Positions 35,907 to 47,600 of a DNA stretch of 64,000 nucleotides are shown one piece after another (positions within the stretch are counted from its first letter, which is position 1; each line of letters opens with the position of its first letter). Position numbers and translations under genes: made by a program. The notes beneath the pieces are model-generated. The model saw only the letters and a list, made by a program, of their open reading frames with translations. It ran no database searches and was not told the DNA's origin. Origin of the DNA: Callorhinchus milii (lineage: Eukaryota); NCBI RefSeq assembly GCF_018977255.1, contig NW_024704767.1, forward strand, positions 4,712,001 through 4,776,000, read 5' to 3'.

Positions 35907-38900
35907 TTAATACATATAGTGTACCGCTGTGTTATCTTCACAAAGGTGTGTGAATCAGCTTCAACATAGGCAGAACTTGGTGTGGATTGACTGACTACAG
36001 CACTGAGTACAAGTTGGTAGAAGAAATATTTAGTATTTTTGACATACAGAAATGACACAAAAATTCTATTGCTGTGTAGATCAACTGAAATTTATGTAAG
36101 ACAAATATGTACTGGCTTACTCTTAACAAAAGGACTTGTTTCTGTTTGAATTTGATAAGATGAATGTTAGGATTGTTATCTTTTTATGGGTTTTGACATC
36201 TATAATATTTCTAACTGGGCACATTCCACAGAGACTTCTGTTTATGTTATTGTATAATTTTACAGAAGTTAGTATGTGAATTATTAACTTTCTGGAACAA
36301 AACCTTTCATCCGCATGACTATTCTAGAGGATTGCTCTTTTATAGTATCCCGATAAGGGCATCGTACAGCTTTCAATACAGATGAATAATGAACAAAGAA
36401 TAAGATCCTTATCCTTTGAATTGCTGTAAACCTCTTTCATTCCTTTATTCCAGAATTTGTATATTCAGGTGTGTTTACATGTAGCACACATTAACCAAAG
36501 GATAAGAATTCAGTAATTTAGATATTAAACTTGTATATGCCTATATCATTAGTAAAGGCAGTCATATTTGCCATTGTTAATGTAAAGAACAGCATACAAG
36601 TCAGATGACAATCAAGTCACTTTTGGAGTGAAACATTAAAACTGAGCCCCCAAATGACTATTTTTATTTATGATAATGTGTTTTAATGCAAGCCCAGTCA
36701 TGTATCAGTGCTCTCTTTAGTTATGTTGTTTGTTAATCTTTAGGGTGCTGTAAACCTCCAGGGATTATATATTTATGTCCCAAACTTTTTTTTTAAAAAG
36801 GACACTTCAATCAATAGGTGTTCGAAACAGAGAACAGAATTATAATAGGTAATTTGTGGTATAAATAAGTCTTAAACCCACATTTATAAAATGAAAAGGG
36901 AACGTTCAATGAAATTCAAAACCTTCCTGTTTCCATCTTTATGCTGACTTTTCTCGGAATTGATTCATTTCAATTACTATAATAACACAGGGTAGAAGTC
37001 AGCATGTATAAACATAGAACTGCATTATGGAATTACATGGAACCTACAGCACCAAAGCGGGAAATCTTATCCTTTTTATTACTGTAAACCCCTTTCATTC
37101 CCTTATTATGGGATTTGTATATTCAGTTATCCTAGTCCATGTCGGTGTTTATACGCCACATGAACCTCCACCCATGCTGACTGACCGACCCTCTCCTTAG
37201 CCTCCCCCATACCTCTCTATTACCTTGTGCATCATAAAAACAGACATGAAGACTAGATGGCCTCTCTTCATACACACACAATTCTAGGTCTCAGACACTT
37301 CAGGACCAACTTGTTGGCATTTTTTTATAGAAACCTATTTTTAACTCACTTACTGTATAACTCACTCACATTGCAGTTCCCCCAAGCATATAAAGATGAG
37401 TGACTTTGCTTACGGAATCTTGGTCAAGAAACAATACAGTTCTTTATTTTCAATCTACATACAAATTAGTCCAGTCACAAACGTTAGCCAAAATGGAGAA
37501 GGTCTTGTATCCGATAGTCAAGCAAACCTGCTTTGACTAAAGAACAGTGGACGTTCTGTACCAAAGGCAATCAAAAACTTTAGTAACATTGAAAAACTGA
37601 ATGCTTCACTGGTTTGACCCTCGTAAGGTTGGATCACTAATGGTGAACCATTTAAAACGTCTAATTGTGTTTCAAAAGCAATTACAGTAATACTGCCAAT
37701 CCCAGAAGTGACAATGGGGGTCTATTTTATGTTGTGTGCCAAAAATAGCAATCTTCTCGACCTATTCTGTTCACATTACAAAAGATTTGCTGCATTTTGC
37801 ATTTGGTTGATCATTGGCTTCAATTTATTTCAGGCTTTGTCATAAATACCCTAAAGAATCGCCAAAATTAGATTGAGTAGATTTGCATAGCCACGTATTA
37901 ACTGTGAATCGGAATCAAGGAGATCTGTTTGGATCTACCAGTTTATGTTGGTTGTTTGAGGTACTCTATCCTTGTGAGATTAAAGCAAAAATAGAAAAGT
38001 GCAAGTGATGCTACATTTAAAGTAAATACTCGAGGTAAACAAACAGAGGCAGTAAAAGGGATGCAAAATTAGTTTTATTTCTAGTTGCCTTTTGATTGTT
38101 TTACTCTCTTCATTGTGCAGATTGCAGGTTTTGCTATCACTGCAACCTGTATTCAACACTGGTTTTATGCCAGGAAAATATCTCTGTAAATCAGTGTAGT
38201 TTTAGAAGCCCAAGATATCCATGTTGTATAACAGACATTTTCTGAATAGAATATTTGTGAATTTCAAAGACAGATTCTGTTTTAATTATTGTAATGAAGA
38301 CTTCTATCATTATTTATAAAAATAAATATTCAATCATTCAGTGAGATTATGCAGTGGTAAACTGGTCATTTAGGCTATGAAAGACCCATCTTCATTCTTT
38401 ATCGAAATTGTTGCTTACATCTATTATTTATAACAGTAGGAGTGCTAGAATTGGCTTCAGATCCTAGGGTTAGGAAGGGCAAAATAGAAACCCATATCTT
38501 GGGATTCTCCATCATATATTGTTCACTGAAACACTGCATCATTAAGCACCACAAGCAAGGGAAAGGTTGCTTAATTTACGCCACTAATTACCTACTACAA
38601 TTATTGTCATTTGCTTTAAAATAGTTATTTTGGTTGACTTAATAAGCACTATACATTGACTTAAGATTTTTAAGATGGGAGTGTTAGATATAGAATATTT
38701 GTTTTGCTAATTAAAAAAAGTCTTTTAAAATGTATGGAAAAAAAGAGGAAATATGTTCAAAGGGATTTACAGTAATTAAATAACTGTGTGGTAGTTAATC
38801 ATGTAGACTGTTGAGTTCGATATTGATGTTTATTGTAAATGAGATTGACACCATATCATAGGATTTCTGTTAACAGTATTTGATCAACAAATGAGTGCGT

Positions 38901-39901
38901 GTTCAACAATATTGCATGTCTCAGTGTTACAGTATTATTAGCAATGAGAACGTTAATTTCATCTGTTCATGTATGTTTCTACATTGATGAATGTTATAAT
39001 AGTTTCTGTATACAGCTGTTTTAAGTTGATCTTTTTCATAAAATAAGAATGCTGAGTAATATTTCAGTCAGTGCACTTGGTGGAATACCCTACACTTTTG
39101 CCTTCTCTAATCATTGATGGGTCTTGACCTTTTGCTAAAGGTTGTGCATAAATTAAACGAAAAAATCATTGTAACATATTACTTGTATATATTTATTTTC
39201 TGTTATAAAGTGCAATACTGAATGTTGTACATTGTGTGTTATAAAGAATATTTTTTGCTGGGACTTTTATTTTTACTACCAAAGTTTCTGTTTTAAATTT
39301 TCTTTTACTTTCTATTTAAACTTAAAATGTTATTACACACTTGCCAAAATGTTTTACAAATGTCTAATTATTTTCTTCTTCTGAGTACTCATGTTATTTG
39401 GTAATAAAATTACCAAGGAAGGTTCCAGGTCTACTTGTCTATGATAGCATTATATAATTTGTTGTAAGTTTGGGATTTGTCTAATTTACCCAACATTCCT
39501 TCCTAACTACTGATAGTTAGAGTTGTGACTTCGTCTGAGGATGTTGAATATTTTGTAAAACTTGCTTCGGCTTACAAAAATGTACAATAAACCCAATTTG
39601 TACTACAGATATAATCATGAAAACACTACCTGTGCTGTGTACGTAATCAAAATGTTTAGAAAGACTGTGTGACTTTAATTTTTTATTGCAGTTTAATAAA
39701 ATTAAACCTTTAACCACCATTACCTGACATGTTTCAGAGGATTTATTTTATTCAAACTATCAGGCGTTATTACTCAATGCAATTTCTAATTTAACATTTC
39801 TGTCAGAATCCCGAGAGAAGAATTGACATTGTCTGCTTCTTATATATTTACATGTGTACTTTAAGTATCGTAATCAAGGCAGCATGTGAACATTCAATAA
39901 A
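35907..39901 (+). other. ADAMTSL3: Probable long ADAMTSL3 3'UTR; the 3' end is uncertain
   Basis: AT-rich and ORF-poor. AATAAA occurs at 38321, 39403, 39586, 39695 and 39896. A Pumilio-type element TGTATATA (39184) and TATTTATT lie near the distal signals. Confidence 0.5.
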
Positions 39902-42900
39902 CCAGATGCTATATTAATTAGAACACTTATTTATACAGAAAAGCATAAAGATAAAAGGCAGCATATAAAACATTAGTAAAGATATTTCTGCACCAAATAT
40001 GATCTTAATTTATGAGTTCAAAAATGGAATGGCAGCAACCTAATAGCTAAATCAATTGAGTGATATGAGCAAATCTTGTTTTTACAAAATGTATTTGCTG
40101 TCATAAACTTATAAAGCCTTGCGTTTAATACAACATCTTATCATATTATTGCAATGTCTTGAAACGATACCACAGAATTTATCTGTGAAGTATAATGATT
40201 ATGTATTTGCTTGCGAATAGCTTTCAGTTTAAGATTAGAGGCTGTTTGAAACATAAGATTTTACATAATAAGTCTGACTGAAAATGAAGGAAAACCTGAA
40301 GGAAATTCATAGAACTTACAGCCAGAGACAAATTAAGTGGAAATGTTATTCTATTATTCATTAAATTTTTCCCAGGTACAAAACTAGATATAAGAAGTTG
40401 GATTATTACCAGGGATATCATAGGGTGTCAAAATAGGACCAAAGGTAGGTGCAAGTTGACAATAAGTACTTTTATGAGCATCTGGAAACCAGTTTAATTT
40501 GACTGCATTTCCCAGCCTGGATAGAACTGTTTTTTTTCTAGAAAAATAAACATTTTATATTTCATGGTGAGTTTGCTTAAAATTTAAAGGTTATCAGAAT
40601 GCAAACCAAATTTTATTTTATCTGTAAAAGGGTTTAAGATTAGATATTTAGCAGTTAGGTATTATTCTCAGAGCAGAATGTTAGCTAGCATCAGACATGT
40701 AATAGAGAATACAATGCCTAGAATATAGTAATCTGCTCTTGATGGTTCAGTACTCTAAAAAATGAAAGAGATCAACATACTCATTTGATATATAAATCGA
40801 ATTGTATTATTTCTCACTCTGTTAGTTTATTTTATTTGCAGTCACTGAGAACAAAGATTGAAATGTCAAATACAAATGAAATTCATGGCAAACAGGTAAG
40901 CAAAAAAATAGTTGTCAGAGCTTGTGAAGGGCCATACTGTGCTTTGCATGTCATTTACTAAATAAACATCTCACATTTTTATTAAAGGATTTTATACGCT
41001 CTACAAATTGCATATACATTTTTGGGTTGCGTGTATGATTAGCACAAGAAAACGCCTAATCATTACAGTACATTGGATATCAACTAGTGTTTTTAAAATA
41101 ATTTACTCTAGCTAATTATCTTTGAAACTTTAATATATTAAGGTATTATTTATATATTATGTCCTAAGTTTTCTCTTTAGAGAATTTTTTTAAAAAATTG
41201 TTTTCAAATCATTCTTCCATTAAAAATATCCTTTGCATTATAATGCATTGGGATTCTTAAGACAGTACAATCATGTTTCACCTTTGGCCAAATATCACTT
41301 ATTTTATGGTTAAGTGCAGTAAACACAAACTGTATGAAATTATAATTAATTATATTAAAAATGTAAGTGTTCTGTGATCATTCATTCAAACAAAAAGCAT
41401 CATGTAGAAACCAGGTTTTGCAGTGCATTGATGCACCATACACAGTCTGGCTAGGCACAAATATAAATGTCAGAGGACATGTGTGGCTGCAGTTTATAAT
41501 AATAATCCTTGCGGTTGATACAGCACTTTTCATGTCAGGAAAATATATCAAAGCACTTCCCGAGGTGTACTGTGAAATGCAGTGACTTTGTATTTTGTAG
41601 GCGAATGTGGGTTTGTCAGGACAAAGGTAATTGCTTTCAAACAATATCACATTTAATAATGAAGAACATTATTAATCAATCCTATGAAGCACATTTACAC
41701 ACATTCATGCCATTTACCGTTAAAACCCATTATGTGTTGCATTGCGAATAACTAGCAAGAAATCATTACCTTCTGGCATAGTTGCTGCACTTGAAGCCAG
41801 AAGGAATAGAATTCTATATCCCTGATAAAATGCTGATGTCTTGTTTTAGCTATTTAAAGTCTGGTTAAGTAATTTATTAACCTTGTAAGTTCCTTGAAAT
41901 TAATGTAATTGGAAACTTTGCATTCTAAACTCAATTTAAAGTGACATGAAAATCTGTTGTACTGTTAATGGAAACAGGAGTGACTTTCGCAAGAGGATTG
42001 TAAAAAGTAGAGAACAGCACATGTATCTCTGGAGAAAGGATTAATTTACAGTAATCTTCTGAGGAGAATATTGATATACCAGAAAGATTAGCTGTAAACC
42101 TGCATAACATACTGATTTTCAATCGTGGCCATGGGGCTGCAAAGTCTCTGAGCAATTATAAGATGTTTCCCCACAAGGAGGGAAGAAAATAGGACAGGAC
42201 AAGCAGTGTAGCTTCCCTATAGTTCGCAGTCAATTTTAAGGCATCTATCAAGCCAACTCTGAAAGTCTTGAGAACAAGATCAATTTAAATTGTTGGGTAA
42301 TCATCTGGATTCTTATGCATTTGAAGAAGTTTTAACAAATACTTTCCCAATGTCCTGAAAGATATGTTTGTCCCTATATAGATGACTGCTACTGTTAAAA
42401 TCCTATAAGGGGACTGAGGGAGGCCAGATTCCTGCTGGAGCCCAAAGCCATGCACAATACATTTATCTAACTCTCATAAACACCAAAGGAATGGCACCCA
42501 GCCCTGTGTGGTTATGGTTCTGTTCACGAATACTGCATTTTCAAATAAACCAGCATCTACGAGAGTTTATATCTTTACAAATTGTATAGTGTTCAATGTA
42601 TTTGCATAGAGATGTTGCCCGGATTCTATGGAGCCAACTGTTTGCACGGTACAATTATAATAATCAATGATGGGAGGGGAAGGAAACATAACTTTTACTG
42701 TTAAATGTTGGAAAAGATATTGAGGCTAAAATAATATATAGAAAGTACCTGCAGCAGGAGTTTAATAAATACAAACCTGATTCATTCTGAAGATGATGCA
42801 AGGCACTAGTGTATTTTACCACATTATTTAAGTATACAGGTATTATTAATGTACATATGATTGCGATATACAGTTTGGATAATCTACATAGCTAATTCCT

Positions 42901-43002
42901 TGATATTCCAGAAACCTTAAAAAGTACCTCCCATGTTATTCAAACGAAAAGGGATGGGTTTGTTTCTGCATTCTATCTTAATATGTTAAAAACCTTCATT
43001 GT

Positions 43003-43008
43003 TTTATT
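43003..43008 (-). terminator. Candidate SAXO2 polyadenylation signal (AATAAA on the minus strand)
   Basis: TTTATT on + strand, about 690 nt past the SAXO2 stop; not verified by transcript data. Confidence 0.4.
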
Positions 43009-43694
43009 AAGGCTAATGCATAAAGATAGGAACCTATTATTATTATTAAGATAGGAACCTAATTCACCTGATAGTTTTGCTGAATATTGTGAAATCAAGG
43101 ACAGGTAATTAAAGACGATTAATTGCAATAGTTATTTTAAAATGAGACGTGAATGATAGAGAAATGAGATTCGAGGTATCTTAATGTGGTCAAATCATTT
43201 TGCATTGGGTATTTAATGCCTGAAAGGCAGAAAACACATTTAGTTGAATGTAGTGATGTGAACTATATGGAGATTATGACTAACCATGAACTGATCAATT
43301 TTGATAGTTGAGATAAAATAACAAATGAGAACTGGAAATTTATAGTATAAGAATAATAGGAATAATACATACCAGGTATTATGTATTGGAAGTAATCTGT
43401 TGCGTTAGGTAGACTTGTTTTGAAGTTACTAATTCCAAACTGAATAAATATCTAAATTAGAACTAAATTTTTGAAACACTTAATACTTAGAAGTTCAGAA
43501 GAATCTTACATATTCACCATTTCTATTAGCATTACTAATTATAATTTGTGGTGAATATAATTTGTGAAGGTACATTCAGAGACAATTCCTTTTCAGAATA
43601 ACACAAAGTACATGTTATTTAAATTGTACCATGTATAGGTTTGGTATTGTCTAAAAAAAATCATAATTAAAAACAGACAATGCACTTGAATACT

Positions 43695-44683
43695 TTAGGA
43701 TTCCACAGCTATTTCATTTGGATGCTGCATTTCAAATGCCGGTTGCATATTATCGGATTCCAACGCTGGTAGCTTCTGATATAATTTATGACCACGTGTA
43801 TCGGTGTGTTCAAAGATATAGCCTGGTGGAGTTGGATAGCTTGCTGGACATATTTCTAACTTCTTAGGTGTATAATCTATACGATACATGGTCCCATCAT
43901 CAAATGGTGTCGTGCTGTGCAGTGGTTGATTTGAAGGCTTGCAGCTTTGTGATGGATTGAGCTGATGTGGAATATAATGAGATTTGAATGTTGTCAAGTC
44001 ATCAAACTTCCCAGAAGGTCTTTTTATCTCATCGTCTTTCTTGATCAATGAAAGCTTTGGTGTATCCCATGGCCTGAAGTCTTCCTTCATTGTTGTATTT
44101 CCCTGGAAGGGAGCATGGACCTTTCTAGCACTTGCAGGCCTGAAAGGTGCAGGAGGCTTGATTTTATGTCCTACGTAATCAAGCTGGCTGGTGGTTTTCA
44201 TATCCATGTGGCCATCTGGTTGCACGTACTTGGGTTTTTTATGGACATAGGGCAAGGAAACAGGCCATGGTTGATATCGATCACGGAATTCTGAGCTAGT
44301 TTCAAAGGGTGCATCAGATCCTATCTTAGTGGATTCAGGTTTGCAGCTTTTAGCAAGGTCTCCGTGCAGGCCCCTGTAATCACGACGGTGAGTGGTGAGA
44401 TCTTCAAAAGGTTGGTCACTTGGTTTGTATTCTTCTTTTTGTCTAATAAATCGGTTCTCTAGCTGATGAGGAACATAAGCCACCCGGTGACTTGTTAAAC
44501 CTTCAAAGGGAACATCAGATACCTTTGGAATATTTGGTGGTTTGCAGCTCTCTGTAGCCACTAATCCCTTGGGACCAAAATCATCTTGAAATGTACTTGG
44601 GTTTCCAAATTTTGTTGTCGGAGGACAATAAGCTTGATCTGCCTTCGGTGGCTTTTTGGGAATTTCCCACATTCTATAATCAT
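43695..44683 (-). CDS. SAXO2: SAXO2 last coding exon (Mn-motif repeats)
   Basis: ttttcag|AT acceptor; continues through ORF 43695..44672 to TAA. Confidence 0.94.
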
Positions 44684-47600
44684 CTGAAAAGAAAATTGAA
44701 ATACTTGTGTATTGGTTTTAAAGTACAAACTATATCATCAGGTATACTCTAAGCCTGTATAAGACAGATGTTTCACAAAATAAGACATTAATAGGAATCT
44801 GTTAACTGCATAGCATTTTAGGAGTTTTGGCTTGAATTCGTCACACCTTTAACAAGATGTGTTCCCTCAGTTATTGGAGGGGTAAAATGGAACTTTTTAA
44901 CCTTTTCTTTGGTTTAAATAAAAGCTATGATTAGATACTCAGACACACAAGCCGGGTATCTGGCATGTGGAAACCTATTGCCATGCTTAAAAGTATCCAA
45001 ACTAGACTGAATTCCACGTATGCATGGAAATTTCTCTTTTTCTGGAGTGCATTATGCACTCTCTCTCTCTGTGTGGAGGATCACACCCTATTTATCTATC
45101 GCGTAAAGTATTAGAGTAAGAGTTATAAAATATATATGTACTCGTAAAATTGTATTAGTCACTTATAACCACACAAGGTTATTTTGTAAATATTTTTACA
45201 AAAAAGATCAATAGCAAGCCAAAATAGTGGGATAATCCTGCCACTGTATAGATCAAACTTAGAGTACTGGTTGCAGCAGTAGAAAAAGGATATTGGAGAA
45301 ATCGAGAAGATACAGAGGAGGGTAACCAAAATGATTGAGGGAACGGAGGGACTGGACTATGAGGAGTGATTAAGTAAATTGCGCATTTTCACGCTTGAAA
45401 AAAGATTGAAAGATGACATGATTGTTGTCTTTAAGATTCTAAATGGGCACGACAATATAGATCATGACAGGCTGTTTCAATTTGTCCAGAATAGTAAAAT
45501 CAGAGGACAAGGCCTACAATTGAAGGTGGGTAAATTCAGAGCGAATCTACTCAAACACTATTTCAGTGAACAATAGTGAACCTGTGGAACAGGCTCCCTA
45601 GGGAGGCAGTTGAAGCAGGAAGTGTTGATTCTTTCAAACACAGATTTAGATCGTTTCTTTTAGGAAATAACATTATGGGATATAAGTAGTTTGGGACATA
45701 TACAGGTGGAGTCCTGTAGCTCAGTGGTTAGAGCACTCGCTTTGCAAGCGAGAGACCTGAGTTCAATCCCAGGCAGGGTGAAACCTTGGGCAAGTTTCCT
45801 TACTCCACACGCCTAATAATAATCCCTCCAAAACCAAAAACAATAATAAATTGGTCATTTTCATTCTACGACTGTTTGTGGGATATTGCTGTGCGCAATT
45901 GGCTGCCGCGTTTGCCCACAAATATACAGTCAATTCACTTTACAGTGTGTTCTGTGAAGCGCTTTGGGATGTCCTCCTGACATGAAAAGCGTTATATCAA
46001 ATGCAAGGATTATATGTCCATGCGACCGCCAGGAAGGTGGAAGATGAACTAGATGGACCTTGGTCTTTTATCATTTAACATTTCGTATGGTCTTATTTTG
46101 TAAACGTAACCAAATGGAACAAGATAGTAATTAACTTGCATTGACAAATTTCCTACATGGATCAGGATACACTAAGGCTTTTTAGGAGATGGAAGGAGGA
46201 AATCCTTTGAAGAGAAAGTATTTCCTTTGACTTCCTTCCTCTTTGAGCCACCTGACAGAGAAGCCTTCATTCAAGCTGCTTGGAAGATTTCAAACTAGAT
46301 CCCAGAGGCACAGTGCTTTACCCAACCTGAATCATATTTGATTATTTAATGCAGCATGCTCAAAGGCTATGCAGTTCATTACAGTATGGCATGTTCTGTG
46401 GATGGCATAACTTTATTACATTTTTGTAGATGTGATGAATTTACAAATAACCGTTTGTGTTTTTGGCTCATCTGTTCAGGAAACATATGTAAACCAGTTA
46501 TTTAAAAAAAAAATCAGCTTGGCCTTTAGGTTAGTTTTGACCTCTTTCTTTAACTGTTGGTAGTTTTGGCGTTCCTGTGCTTCTCCATTCAGGTCAAGTC
46601 AGAAGTATACACATAATGCTGTAGTGTTAAATATATATCCTCCAATAGTGGCAATTGGGAATTAAGATGCCACTTATGCTCATGGTCATTAGATCTACCC
46701 CCCACAAGGACACAAATCTATGGGATTTACACCATTTGAGATGATGATTGGCAGCCAAATCATCTTGCTATGCAAGAAAAGGCTGCCAGTTTGATCATGG
46801 GGTCCCAGTGGTTGGCAGATCTCCAATAACCTATCTGGAAAATAAGACAAAACAGTACAAATCTAGAAAGAAATGCTAAGACTAGGAAAGCTTACTTTGA
46901 ATGACAAGCTTGTACCACAGTATCAGGTGGAAGATCAGATATTTCATTTTATCACAAGAATAACCAAAAGACGAGGGGTCAACTAAATTTTATCAGATTA
47001 AGATGTCTGACTAATGGAGTAAAAAAACTATCACATATGTTAAGAATTTCTTAGCAAGCTGAGCTTTACAAAATTAAATATAAGGTCAACTACAGTTTAT
47101 CAGATTAAGGTGTCTGATGGAGGGAATAAAAACAAATTTCAAGTGATTTCGTATTAACATTACTAACCTGATATTCTCAGAAATAAAACTGACCAAATTA
47201 AACATAAAATAAACTGAAGGGTTTAGGGAGGATGTAAATGTCGCAAGTATCTGAAGTTGACCTTAATAATAGTTATTTGTGTTATCTTTGAAAAAGATGA
47301 AGACATCTGGTTCTAATTGCCTTTCATCTGCCAGTTTTGGCTTTAGAATTAGCAAAAGTTATCCATGGTTCAATTTCTGCAATCATTTTGCGATATACTC
47401 CAGGCCTTTGCTTATAGAATCTAGAGTATTTTTTTAAGAGAATTGATTTCATCCTTGACCCAAGAGACACCAACAGAAAATAGTTAGGAAAAATAGTAAC
47501 CTTTCACCAGATACACTGTTTTTGTTTCATATTTCTGTATATATCAGAACATAACAACTAGCGTTTCAAGCTACAGGGAATCAATGGCAGGTAAATAATA

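Noticed and set aside
45708-45780. tRNA-Ala(TGC)-like sequence (also at ~2580-2653, 28805-28878 and 32728-32800)
   Set aside because: No proper acceptor stem, and it continues into a SINE body and tail. These are SINE heads, not tRNA genes.
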